A DNA stretch of 64,000 nt from the NCBI RefSeq assembly GCF_028641065.1, contig NC_073396.1, positions 13,020,001 to 13,084,000 of the forward strand, in the 5' to 3' direction. The position numbers and the translations under genes were made by a program. The stretch is from Leucoraja erinacea. Lineage: Eukaryota. Positions 11,831 through 24,054 of this stretch are shown here, piece by piece (the first letter of the stretch is position 1; every line of letters starts with the position of its first letter). Under the pieces are notes generated by a model that had not been told where the DNA came from, did not search any database, and saw only the letters and a list, made by a program, of their open reading frames with translations.

Positions 11831-12207
11831 GAGAGAGAGGAAAGCATGAGAAATTTTTGGTTTACAAAGAGATTGAGTGAGAGAAAGATGGCAGATGTAG
11901 TAGAAGGTGGGTTGAATTTTTGAATTGTAAGTTATTAAAACATATGGAGACCAGGCAGAAAAGTGCAGTTGAGACAAACAGTGACACCAGCTTTGACCTT
12001 ACAGAGTGGTGGAGTATTCTTGAGCAACCAGCTAACCTAATCGTTATGTTCTAAACTTTGAGTGTAAAGGTCACAAGAGTATTAATTAAATCAGGGGTAA
12101 TTAATGTTGGAGTGACCAGAGCAGTAGGAGGTTGGATGAGAAATCTACCACACAACAAAAAGCTTTATTATAGATGACATGCAGGAGACTAAAACCCCAA
12201 ATCTTAC

Positions 12208-12315
12208 CTGTAAACAACTCCGCTTAATATCATGGACATCTTTGGTCCCACAACTGTCACCACAGATGGTGCAACAAGGTTAGATGCTGAGAACACTCCA
12301 TAGATAATGGCAAGG
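12208..12315 (-). CDS. MFSD11: MFSD11-like exon 3
   Basis: ttttcaag|LAIIYGVFSASNLVAPSVVTVVGPKMSMILSGVVY(S)|gtaaga; 108 bp. Confidence 0.92.
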
Positions 12316-12869
12316 CTTGAAAACAATACAAGAAAATATAACATGAAAATATAAATGTAATGTTAGAGCATGTCTTTCAATTCTACTCCTGCCATAACCC
12401 AGGCACTAGCAAAGCTATGTTGGATCAACTTGCTCACTGAATCACCTTCCATGCACAATGCACCCTCTCTCCTATCATAAACTTGACCCACACATTAAAT
12501 CTCCTTTCACAGCCAGTGAACCACACATACATTGAAGCTCCTTCCAAACACCACATATGGTCTTTCCCACTCTTACCACCCGCTTAAACTCTTTCCACTA
12601 ACATTCTGCAGCCCTCCACACCCCTGACATCTCTCTATTCCCATTATCAGGTATGATATTCCACCTTTTAGCAGGCATGCCATCAGATGTCCAGACTTCA
12701 GAGGTCTGGAATTTATTCCTTAAACCTCTCAGCCCATCTCTCCTGCTGTAAGATTCTCTTCAAATCCACCTCTGTTCGAGCAATTGGTGCCCTTTCTATG
12801 CTTCAGTCAGTTTGTTGTCTGTTTATGCCCCTGTAAAGTGCTTGGGATATTTTACTGTATTGAAGGTAT

Positions 12870-13465
12870 CATACCACCAGGAATGCCGCACGATTGGCAG
12901 TCCCACCAACAGTCTGTCTGTTTTTTCGTCTTTTAAAAAAAAATTTTAGTGTGTGTTAAAAGTTAGTGTAATTGGTCTCCAGTTTGTTTTATGTGGAGGT
13001 GGTCGTGGAAAACTTTTTTTTCAGTTTCGCACCTTGCTGGTGATATGATTGTTTTCTGGGTCGCATCTCCATTGATAGATCGTCTACCATCGATAGAGCT
13101 GGAGGCCTCCTCAGACTGACTTGAACCCCATGGTGGGGCGTGGACTTAACTTGAAGCCGATCTCTTGCCTGGGATCGCTCCAATCGCTGCCTGCGGACTT
13201 ACCATCAAGAGCTCGCAGTCTTGGGAGAGGCCGAGTCGAGAAGCTCCAACGACGCAGAGGCTCGACAGGCCCCAACCCAGGGTCCGATCGCGGCGTGGGG
13301 GAATCTAACATCCCCCCGTTGCAGGAGCTGATCGCCTCGATGTGGAGGCCCCAAATGCCACCAGCTACGGGAGTCAAGATCGTCCCATCAACAGAGGGCT
13401 CGAGGCCCCCGACCACGGGAGAGCATAGAAGGGAAGAGATTTGAGCTTTTTGGGAACTTCTGAAC
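12870..13465 (+). repeat. GC/CpG-rich interspersed repeat, unclassified
   Basis: Abrupt CpG-rich insert in an AT-rich intron; no recognisable protein. Confidence 0.35.
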
Positions 13466-13918
13466 ATGGTTCAGAGACATTACCCAGCCAGTAAACTATT
13501 TACCCAGAGCTTCGAGGATGCTACAAATCTTTATTCCAGCTTCAGTAAATGAGCCTCACACAACAAAGAAATCCTCTGCTGTGAAATCAGGGTCCAGAGA
13601 TTCACACCAGTCAGAACAAAATCAGAGTCCCACATAGGAAGAAGATCAAGAAGCATACTTAAATTGATGGCACTCAAATTCAATACAAGCAACTGGCAAC
13701 AAACATCCAAAAATCTCCTAACCCACCCAGAATTTGGATAGATTGATATGGACTCCAGCCACAATGCACATCCTTGAACCCAGATTCCCAGCTGCAGAAG
13801 TCAGTTGCTGAGTTCCAGGGTTTTGGAGCAAGTAGATGAGAATTGGACCATTATCCATGTGTCCATGCAGAACAATGGAAATTAACAATCAATAGGAAAA
13901 AGCCACAACCACCTGTAC

Positions 13919-13974
13919 CTGTCATAGCCGCTGCCAGAGAAACTGGTGTTGGTCAAACTCCGTATTACAGTTTG
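13919..13974 (-). CDS. MFSD11: MFSD11-like exon 2
   Basis: ttttgtag|QTVIRSLTNTSFSGSGYD(S)|gtacag; 56 bp, frame continuous with exon 1. Confidence 0.9.
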
Positions 13975-16562
13975 CTACAAAATAAGAACAATGGAAAGGT
14001 TACTATTTATTCATTTCCCATGAACATCCAAATATTAAAGGCTAGTCTCTTATGTTGCTTCAAAAGACACAGCAGTTGAGCAGTGCAGAGCAAGATCCCA
14101 CAAATAGCAATGCAATTAGCTCATGTTTTGGGCATTTTGTATGAGATACGAATACCTAGTGAGGGACTGGAGAAAATTCCTTTTCCAACAAAGGTCATGC
14201 AATCTTTGACTTCCATTCCATTTGATAGATAGGGCATTGGTTTAATCTCATATTGGAAAGACAATGCAACATTTATCTGACAAAACAGCATTCATCATTG
14301 TAGTAGTCCAATCTAGATTATATATTTAAACCCTGTTGTGGGCCATATTTATAGCCTAACTTGGTACTATATTTTAGAATAACACTTTTTAATTACCCCT
14401 GCATCCAGACTGCAACATTCTACAGGAGAATCATTCAGATTCTGTAGTAAGATGTTAACAGATTGAATAATTGTGGGCTTCATAACCTACTTATGTTCCA
14501 GAACTATTCCTAAATATTATGCTTTCTTGCCAATGACTAATAGAGTTAATATTTAACAATTTATTCCTAAATCCTTTTAAAGTTCTGGATGATAGTTAAG
14601 ATTACTTAAACTTTCTATATTCCCTTGAATACAGCCTTAGATTTTACAAACCTTTGCTCAGATCTCTCGTCTCTGGTGTTATTTTGGTACATTTTGGTAA
14701 ATTTAGACCGGAACTTTCCCAGATAGATGTAGAGATAGATTAAGAAAAAAATAATTTTGACTGGATTTGACTTACTTTCTATTCTCATTATATCTTCAGA
14801 TATGAGTTAATGGAATGATTTCCATTGGAACAAAAATGGCAGACATCATTTATTTCAGGTTGTTAAGAGTTATTTTTTTGAAAATATAATAAAACAGAAT
14901 AGTGGGTTAATTAAAATTGATATGGGAAGACAATAGACCGGTGGGATTAGTTTGGGATGGATACACAATTCTCCACGAGGCAATGGGATTAATTATAGAT
15001 CAATACAGGAGGCATTTAGATGGACATTTAAATATGCAAAGTATAGAAAGATACAGACACAAAGTGTTGCCATTTTTCAGCAGACCAGGCAGCAACTCTG
15101 GAGAACATAGATAAGTGACATTTCAGGTAAGGACCATTCTTCAGACCCTGAAGAAGAGTCCGACACCAAACATTGCCTATCCATATTCTCCAGAGATGCT
15201 GCCTGACCTGCTGAGTTACTCCAGCACTCTGTGTCTTTTTTTGTTGTTGTAAATAGGGTCTGTAGTTCCTTCTGTTTCTATAGGCGGATACAATCTTAAT
15301 GCAACCAAATGGGATTAGCATGGATGGGGAAGAAGGTCAACACAGCCATGGTTGGTTGAAGGGGCCATTCTGTGCAGGCTCTAAAATAAAAAGTAAGACA
15401 ATGGCAGTAGTTTGGGATTTATACAGGAATATTAAAAAATGGGACAATGGAAGTGATTTAGGGTTCATACAGGTCTATAGAGAAAGCAACTGGCAACGTT
15501 AATAGTTGACAGACACTAACACACTGGGAATACTTTGGGACTACCTCAACCGTGCCCCTGAGGGACTGCTCAAGAAGTAATAGTGGGTTAAGTTGAGTAG
15601 ACTTAGTTAGCACAGGAGATTGCTTTGAGTTTGATACCAAGCTAGGAAGAATGGGCTAGTAGAATACTTAAAAAAAATTGATATAGGGCAGGGAAGGAGA
15701 AAATACCATCAAGATTAGTTTCAGATCAGTGAAGGATTTTGAGATGTAATTTGGGGTTTCAGGGGTTCTCCCAATACATGGTTGGGAGAACTTTATTATT
15801 TTATTTTAATGCTGCAAAAATGTTATGGTTCAGAACAGCGAGTATAACTTGAAGCTGTATAACAGTCATGGGTTACTTGTAGGAGATAAAGTTATTTGAA
15901 GAACAGAGTTTCTGTTTGTGCCCAAGTCCTGGAATCACATGCTATGAATTGATGTGTAAATAGCGCCCGGAGCACTTTTTTCTTTTTGTCTCATCTGCTT
16001 CAGTCTGTGTTTCCGTTCTCACTCCTCCTCTCCCGCTCCCCCCTCGCCATCCCCTGTCCAGACCCAGAGCCCAGACAGTGAAATCAGCAGACTCTGGAGG
16101 GGAATTGCAACCCAAGTTTCTTGCACTTTTATTTCAGTACAATGTAACATCTGCAGATCACCGCAAGCGTTTCATTAGGTCCCTTCAATTTACAGATTAC
16201 TACTTGAAACAATGTTGTCCTCTTTAATAATTATTTAGTCAAACAGTATTAGTTTCATAATTACAGTAACAACACGTCGTTATAAGATTCTTCAAACTAC
16301 AACGAATACATTATTTTGATTCAAAGATTGTTGTTTATACTTAATTACTACTTACATTCAAATTTTGATAAAGTGCATTGTTATTTCAGTCGCTCTAAGT
16401 ATTACTCGTGAATCTACCCCACACCAAGTTGTCTAACCCTAACTCCATAAACCATTTCATAAAGTAAGATTATATTCCAGCATTACTCTAATAGATACCC
16501 GATTGCTCCAATCTGAATTCAGTTACTCCAGTTCCACTTTACTAATCAGTGATTATACTCAC

Positions 16563-16652
16563 CTCTATGTTGCCGCAAGTGGTGAAAGCGGTGAAGATGA
16601 GCATGAAACCCACACCTAGAAGGTAAATGTTACGCACACGGCAATCACCCAT
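16563..16652 (-). CDS. MFSD11: MFSD11-like (UNC-93 family MFS protein), coding exon 1
   Basis: Reads MGDCRVRNIYLLGVGFMLIFTAFTTCGNIE, then a GAG|gtgagt donor. Resembles the MFSD11 N-terminus (LGVAFMFMFTAFQTCGN). Probably a paralog rather than the 1:1 ortholog. Confidence 0.88.
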
Positions 16653-17520
16653 TGAGACGGTGGACTAACTCTCGATTAACTCCCGGTGAACCAACTCCCG
16701 CAGCCGCGAGTCGCGGTGAGCTGCCAGTTGAGTCAAACAAGACGGAGCTGCAAAGACCGAGAGGGGTGGAGTGGGTGGGGTGGGGGGTGACTTGTCACTC
16801 CGACTTTGATGGGCGGAGCAGTTCAGGCAGAGTAGAGACGGTGGTGTCAATGGGTGGGTGAGGGTCGGGTGCCGGCGATGAATTAGATAGGGTCGCTGTA
16901 ATCATGGAGGACCGGCTCTAGTGCTAATAGTGTGCAGAGTGGCGATCTGATCATTATTCATCAAAGGGTTCATTTTTAGACCTGGCGCCAAAGACATCTC
17001 GTTCTTTGCTGGGCATACATGCAGTACCTCACGAGTATCTCCTTTCGATGAGTGAGACGTTTTGACGTTACTCTCAGGTCGTCTGTATGCCGTTTGGTGA
17101 ATATTATACATCCTACTTCTCAGCTTTGGGTTGTCCAGAGGTTCTGAAAGTAGCAAAATAAGAATTACTTGGCATGTATTCGTACTCGATCAATGTTAAC
17201 ATATCTACACGTGCTCCATACCAGTATGGACCCAGGAACCCTCAATTCTTAATCTGGAATGTGCGGGAAACAAAATTTGCCTCGCATCATATCCGCAATA
17301 AGTATGAGCTGCTCAACAAGTTTTCATGGCACAGGAATGATATTTGATATTTGAAAGCTTGCACCATCCCAAGTGTTCATAATTAATTAAGCACTTTTGA
17401 TACTTAATTTTGATACCACAGGTGGATAGGGCCACAGAAGGCTACCGTGTATCGGCCTTCATCAGTCAGTATTAAGTACAAAAGTCGGGATGTGTGGGAA
17501 GGAATTGCAGATGCTGGTTT

Positions 17521-17786
17521 AGAAACATAGAAAATAGTTGCAGAAGGAGGCCATTCGGCCTTTCGAGCCAGCACCGCCATTCATTGCGATCATGGCAGAT
17601 GGTCCCCAATCAATAAACCGTGCCTGTCTTCTCCCCATATCCCTTGATTCCACTAGCCCCTAGAGCTCTATCTAACTCTCTCTTAAATCCATCCAGTGAT
17701 TTAGCCTCCACTGCCCTCTGTGGCAGGGAATTCCACAAATTCACAACTCTCTGGGTGCAAAAGTTTTTTCTCACCTCAGTCTTAAA
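17521..17786 (-). mobile_element. CR1 3' end nested in a Penelope terminal repeat
   Basis: agaaacatagaaaatag... CR1 3'UTR; it splits the gatgctggttt|...gaagatagacac sequence of the host repeat. Confidence 0.8.
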
Positions 17787-18600
17787 TTGAAGATAGACAC
17801 TAAAAGCTGGAATAACTCAGTGGGTCAGACAGCATCTCTGGAGAGAAGGAATAGGTGAGGTTTTGAGTCGAGACCCTTCTTCAGACTGAGAGTCAGGGGA
17901 AAGGGAAATTAGAGATATACTGCAGACAGTGATGTGGAGAGATATAGAACAAATGAATGAAAGATATGCAAAAAAAGTAACGATGATAAAGGAATTGATA
18001 CAGCCATTGTTAGCTGTGTGTTAGGTGAGAACGAGTTATAGACAATGAGACTCAACAAGCCAACTTTGTAGCTGGTACAACTTGGGTGGGGGAGGGATGA
18101 AGAGAGAGGGATGCAAAGGTTAGTTGAAGTTAGAGAAATCATTATCCGTACCACTGGGTTGTAAGCTGCCCAAGTGAAACATGAGATGCTGTTCCTCCAA
18201 TTTGTATTTGGCCTCACTTTGACAACGGAGGAGGCCTAGGGCATAAATGGGAGAAATGTCAGTGTGGGAATGGGAAGGGGAATTAAAGTGTTTAAGAAGG
18301 AACTGCAGATGCTGGAAAATCGAAGGTAGACAAAAGTGCTGGAGAAACTCAGCGGGTGCAGCAGCATCCATGGAGCGAAGGAAATAAGCAACATTTTGGT
18401 CTGAAACCCTTCTTCAAACATTAAAGTGTTTGGCAACTGGGAGATTAGGCAGGTCCAGGCAGACTGACCTTTGTTGTTGGAGTAACTCAGCGGGACAAGC
18501 AGCATCTCTGGATAGAAGGAATGGGTGATGTTTCAGATCGAGACCCTTCTTCAGATGGAGTCAGGGGAGAGGGAGACATAGAGAGATGGAATTGTAAGGT
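17787..18600 (-). mobile_element. Composite Penelope-like 3' fragments
   Basis: GIY-YIG C-terminal remnant (KLEEQHLMFHLGSLQPSG) and three terminal-repeat copies; one nested copy has a 12-bp TSD. Confidence 0.8.
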
Positions 18601-19095
18601 GTGCACTCACCTCTGTAACTGAATCCTTGACTTCCTGACCCACAGACCACAATCAGTGAGGGTAGGTGACAAATTATCCTCTATGATAATCCTCAATTCT
18701 GGTGCCACAAGGATGCTTTCTCAGCCCCATTTTTTTTCCTTATACACCCACGACTGCGTAGCCAAGCAGCAAAGTGAGCCGGATATCAAATAATGATGGG
18801 ATAGAGTAAAGGAAAGAGATTGAGAATCTTCTAACCTCGTGCCATGACAACAGCTTCTCCCTCAATGGCAGCAAGGCATAGTAGTTTGTGATCAACTTCT
18901 GGACGTGAAACGAAACACATACCCCAGTATACAATGACCGCGCTAAAGTAGAGATGGTCAAAAGCTTCATGTTCCAAGGAGTAAATATCACCAGCAACTT
19001 GTCCTGGTCCAACCATATCAAAGCAAGGTCAAGAAAGCACACCCACATCTCTTCTTCCTTGGAAGGCTTTGTAAGTTCGGCATGTCCCCAACAAT
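18600..19095 (+). mobile_element. Rex1/Babar-type RT fragment
   Basis: G.PQGC.LSP and FMFQGVNITSNLSWSNHI remnants. Confidence 0.65.
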
Positions 19096-20324
19096 TCAAG
19101 TGTCAAGAGCGTTTTATTGTAACTTGTCCCAAAACAATGGAACAATTAAATTCTTACTTGCAACAGCACAACAGATATGTAAATATAGTACTCTGTAAAA
19201 CCCATAATAAACAACAAAAATAAAGTTTCCACCCACAGTTACACAGATAGATTGGGGAATCTGGGATTGTTCTTGAAACGTGAAATATTTCAGAGGGATT
19301 TGCAGTGGAAGAATGTGAAATTATGTAGGGTAGATAAAGAGAAAATGTTCCCACAATACAAAGTCATTCAGAAGATCACATTGAGGTAACAATTGCAGTA
19401 TAAACTATGAGATTGGATAAAGCCTACAATGTAGATATGCTCCACTGAAATTGCCATTGCTGGTGCATGGATCATATATATCAAGTGCAGCTTTGCAGTG
19501 AATAGTTCAGTGAACAAAGAGATTCGGAGATTGAGTAAATTCAGGATAATAGCTCGGCTGAATTGCCTGCTGCGGACCGGCGATGGAGGACCCTCTGGTA
19601 GGACTAGCTCTCCCACCACGGACTCAGAACTTGGCCCCGAGCTACTGACGTTGATGGGACCTGCGGCGCCGAGATTTAGGAGGGACCCGAGAGCGAGGTG
19701 GATGTTGAGAGCGTTGAGAGCAAGATGGAACATCTAGAACAAAGGGGGTCCCGGAAGGGGATGGGGTGCAGTGGCTGGCAGTAGGTAGAACAGTCGGTGA
19801 ACTTCTGTAACTTTATTGGTGCCAGACACTTGGTGACATTTGTGTACTTCCTAGGTGAGGTCTTCTGTATGACTTTACTGGGTTATATGCAAAACAATGC
19901 ATTTCACTGTACCTAGGTACATGTACAAGATACAAGATACATTTATTCGTCACATGTGCCAGATGGCACAGTGAAATGAAATTCCCATACAGCCATACAA
20001 TAAAAATAAAGGACACAACACACGATATAATTTAACATAAAACATCCCCACACAGCAGAATCAGAGTTTCCCACTGTGTGGGAAGGACCAAAGTCAGTCA
20101 AATGTACAATAAAGTATCATTGAATCATTGGCATTGGTTTTGTCTTTGTGCAATATTATTGTTTGTTTGTATATATGTAATATATACGTATGTGTGTGTG
20201 TGTGTGTATATATATATATGCTTATTGTTTACACAGTACTATGTTTACATATTCTGTGGTGCTGCTGCAAATGACAGGAGCCTGCCCCAGGTGTTGTGTC
20301 CACTGTTCCGATATATAGGAGGAG

Positions 20325-20905
20325 TGTGGACTCCTATATATCAATGAGACCAAGCGCAGGATTGGTAATCGTTTCGCTGAATACCTCTGCTCAATCTGCC
20401 TAGGCCTATGCAACCTCCCGGTTGCCAACCACTTTAATTCCCCCGCCCATTCCCACACTGACCTTGGCTTTCTGCTCTGGGCCTCCTCCACTGTCAGAGT
20501 GAGGCCAAATGCAAATTGGAGGAACAGCACCTCATATTTCTTTTGGGCAGCTTACACTCCAGCGGTATGGACATTCACTTCTCTAACTTCAAGTAACCAT
20601 GCTTTCCCTCTCTCTCCATCCCTCCCCTTGATTAATTTTACTGATATTTCACTGATTGTATGCCTCGTTGTAACCTTTCCCTCAGCTAACAATGAACCAT
20701 TCTATATTTCCTAGATCAGCACCTGCTTTGATCTGTCGTTTTCACACCTTACTCATCCACATCTCTATGTTCCCTTTTCTCCTGCCTCTCAGTCTAAAGA
20801 AGGGTCCATCTCTCCAGAGATGCTGCCTGAGCCGATGAGTTACTCCAACATTTTGTGTCTATCCTTGGAGCGTAAACCAGCATTTGCAGTTCCTTCCTTC
20901 ACAGC
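20325..20905 (+). mobile_element. Penelope-like 3' fragment (GIY-YIG endonuclease + terminal repeat)
   Basis: CGLLYINETKRRIGNRFAEY...PVANHFNSPAHSH...LEEQHLIF.LG.L. Confidence 0.85.
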
Positions 20906-20919
20906 TGGGATGACAGACA

Positions 20920-21283
20920 CGCCCCCTCCCCGAGCAGCTGTCAATCACCTGACCACAGTTCCCTTTCTGCTGTCAATCACCCAGCCCCGGAGCGCACTGA
21001 GCCGCGCCACCTTCCGTTGTCAATCACATGGCCCCGCCCCGAAGCGCACTGAGCCCCTTCCCTCCCATTGTCAATCACATGGCCCCGCCCCGGACTAGCC
21101 GGCACCAAGCTCTGCCCCCCCCGCTGTCAATCATCTAGCCCCGCCCCCGACAGCACTGAGCCCCGCTGCCTGATGTCAATAGGCCCCTCCCTCCAGCTGC
21201 CAATCACCGTGAGCCGCCGATAACGTTCCACGGCGGAAGTCGTCAGCACTTTCCCAGCGGGCCCTGGGCTCAGACGGACAGCG
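20920..21283 (+). promoter_or_regulatory. GC/CpG-rich UBFD1 promoter built from a ~50-bp degenerate repeat
   Basis: Five (C/T)TGTCAATCA motifs, several GCCCCGCCCC GC-boxes, a CCAAT box (21200) and an ETS-type CGGAAGT (21234), just upstream of the ATG. Confidence 0.75.
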
Positions 21284-21299
21284 ATGGCAGCTCGGGACG
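21284..21299 (+). CDS. UBFD1: UBFD1 exon 1
   Basis: gcgATGG Kozak context, MAARD(G), G|gtgggt donor; phase 1 fits exon 2; lies in a CpG-rich promoter. Confidence 0.72.
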
Positions 21300-21489
21300 G
21301 TGGGTGTCGGATGCGGCCTGTTCTAGACCTGGGGATTTCAGCACAGTCATTGCTACGGCGGCAAGGGGGACATGCAAAATGCATGATTGTTTTTATGGGA
21401 AAGCGGGACCGTAGTCCATCGAGACTCTGCAATGGACAAGGGAGGGTTGAGGTCAAGTACCAAAGAAGAAAGGGGTGGATGGGTCGGAT

Positions 21490-22130
21490 ATGTGTGCATG
21501 GTGCCAATGTGCAAGGTGGCGGGCTGAGGGTGTATGGAGTAGAGCGTGCAAGGTCCAGCGCCTACAGGGGCAGTGTGCAAGTGACCAGCATGCAGAGGGA
21601 GTCATTGTGCGAAATATCGATGTGCATAGGGGGAGGAGGGAGGGGGGCAGTGCAAGGGTACAACATGTACAGGGAGCAGAAGGCGTAATTGTGCAAGGGA
21701 GCAATATGTTCTGCGTGCAAAGGATCTATATGTCTGGAAAAAAGCGAGGTCAGTGTGCAAGTGATGAATGTGTTCAAGAAGCAGAGGGGGGGTGTCAATG
21801 TGCAGAAGGGATCGGTTGGGTTAGATATGTGTACAAGGTACCAATGTGCAAGGGGTAGTGTGCAAGGTTCATTGCATACGGAGGGCAGTGTGCAATTGAT
21901 CAGTGTGTGAAGTGAGTCTAGTGCACAGGGAACTGGGGGGAGTTATTGTAAAGGGTGGTATGGTAGGAAGCAATGTGCAAGGGACCAGCATGTACAGGGA
22001 GCAGAAGCAGGAGAGGCAGTGTGCAAGGGGGCTGTGCATAAGGGACTAGCATATGTCGGGAACAGGTGGTATTTTCATAAGAAGGGGGCTGGGTGCCAGG
22101 AACCAATGTGTTGGGGTGTATGGAAGGGTG
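21490..22130 (+). repeat. Degenerate G-rich tandem repeat in UBFD1 intron 1
   Basis: Recurrent (gg)gcagtgtgcaaggg and accagcatgtacagggagcagaag units. Confidence 0.65.
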
Positions 22131-22554
22131 TTGAGGTGCAGTATGTAAAAAAGGGTTTCCATGAGGGTGACCCTTGAATGAGCTTAGAATTAATTAGTTC
22201 TGGTTTTGAAAATTGAAGGGGCTCTGGGAAATGATCAGATTGCTATTTAGAAAAAAATGTTTCACCATGTACATTTAGGGAAGGAAATGTCTAGGCCTCC
22301 ATGTCAAGAAAATGATTTTTTTTTTAACTGCCCAATCTGGTTCATGGACAATTAAGGATCATTGGTAAATGCTGGCCTTGGGGATGATATGAGAATGTGA
22401 GCAGGCCCTTCACCCTGCAAGAGCCATGTTGAACATGATACCAAGTTAAAGTAATCTCTTCCGTCTGCACATGATCCACATCCCTCCATTCCATGTGCAT
22501 GTGTGTGCCTCTCAAATCTTGCCACTGAAAGCTTGTTGCTATAATCTGCCTTGA

Positions 22555-22900
22555 CCATAGACATAGAAAATAGGTGCAGGAGTAGGCCCTTCGAGCCTGT
22601 ACCACCATTCGATATGATCATGGCTGATCATCCAACTCAGTATCCCATCCCTGCCTTCTCTCCATACCTCCTGATCCCTTTAGCCACACGGGCCACATCT
22701 AACTCCCCCTTAAATATAGCCAATGAACTGGCCTCAACTATGACCATGCTCCCCAGCACCCACAACAGTCTGTTTTTAGAAAAAAAATCTTGCCCCACAC
22801 ATTTCCTTTAAGTTTTGCCCTTCTCACCTTAAAGTAATGTCCTCTCGTCTTTGACATTTCCACCCTGGAAAAAAGATTCTGATTATTTAACCTATCTATG
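22555..22900 (-). mobile_element. CR1 3' fragments
   Basis: Same 3'UTR as 43400-43667, in reverse orientation. Confidence 0.75.
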
Positions 22901-23116
22901 CTTTTCATTTTTAAATACTTTTAATGGGTCTCCACTCAACCTCTGAAGATCCTGAGTAGACAACAACTGTCTAACATCTTATTGGTAATATTGTGTAATC
23001 CAGGCAGCATTTCATTAACCTTTCTTTACCCTCTCCTCTCCACATCCTACCTGTAAAACATTACAGATCCTGAGTTTCTCTTTTTAAAAATAGATGGAAG
23101 CTAAGAAAATGAGGTA

Positions 23117-23393
23117 TTTGTTTAAGACAGAACTGCAGATGCTGGAAAAATCTAAGGTAGACAAAAATGCTGGAGAAACTCAGCAGGTGAAGCAGCATCT
23201 ATGGAGCGAAGGAATAGGTGACGTTTCTGGTTGAGACCCTTCTTCAGACTGATGTGGGGGCGGGGTGGGGCTGGAAGAAGATGGAAAGAGGTGGAGACTG
23301 GGCTGTGGTAGAGCTGGGGAGGGGAAGGAGGGAGAAAGCAAGGACTACTTGAAATTGGGGAAGTCAGTGTTCATACCGCTGGGGTGTAAACTA
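23117..23393 (-). mobile_element. Penelope-like terminal fragment with 14-bp TSD
   Basis: aagaaaatgaggta at 23103-23116 and 23394-23407; hammerhead motif at 23220-23247 (-). Confidence 0.82.
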
Positions 23394-23574
23394 AAGAAAA
23401 TGAGGTAGGTGTCATTGAAACCAAACTAATTGAGTTTGGCAAGGAAAATCTGAGGCTTTTTTTCTCAAGTAGAATTCGGAGTCAGATTTGGATTAAAAGG
23501 GCCAGATTGTAATTAGTTTAGAGGTACAGCTAAGGAAATGTGTCCTTTGGCCCACTGAGTACAAGCTGACCATT

Positions 23575-23707
23575 CTTCTTTCGTGTGGCATGCACAGCCT
23601 AAAGTTGTAGGACAATTTGTTCTATTTGATCTTCTGTTTGTGCACGTCGAGTTGATTGCATTAGTGGAAACAGGGCAGACCATGTGAAGGTTGCAATTTT
23701 CCACCCC
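23575..23707 (-). mobile_element. Short ribozyme-headed retroposon, copy 2 (inserted in a V-SINE)
   Basis: TSD a(a/t)gctgaccatt at 23563-23574 and 23708-23719; same 5' end and (AAG)n tail as the other copies. Confidence 0.88.
23654..23707 (-). ncRNA. Minimal HDV-like ribozyme motif, copy 2 (partly decayed)
   Basis: Minus strand reads GGGGTGG AA AATTGCA ACC TTCACAT GGT CTGCCCT GTTTCCA CTAA TGCAATC. Confidence 0.72.
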
Positions 23708-24054
23708 ATGCTGACCATTGATTACATGTTTACATTAGTTCTATGTTATCCCAGGTTGCATTCACTCCCTACACACTAGGGGCAATTTATAGAGACCATT
23801 TAATGTACAAACCTTTGGGATGTGTGAGGTAAATGGAATACCACAAGGAAACCCTAAGGAGTCGTATGGAGAATGTGCAAAGTCCACATAGACAGCACCT
23901 GATGTCAGGGTTGAAACTGGATCTCTGGCATTGTGAGGCAGCAGGTCTAGATGTTGTGTCACAACCTAAGGTGACAACTTTCTGCAGAACTTTAGAATTC
24001 TATACTTCATTGGGCTGGTGGCTGCTTAGTTGGTTAATTTATTAATGGTTGAGA

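Noticed and set aside
20938-21206. CRISPR-like repeat/spacer appearance
   Set aside because: Eukaryotic context, degenerate 10-bp repeats, related spacers and no cas genes.
21127-21910. Multiple 70-134 aa ORFs around UBFD1 exon 1
   Set aside because: GC-rich promoter and repeat sequence; only the first 16 nt of the 21284 ORF fit the spliced gene.
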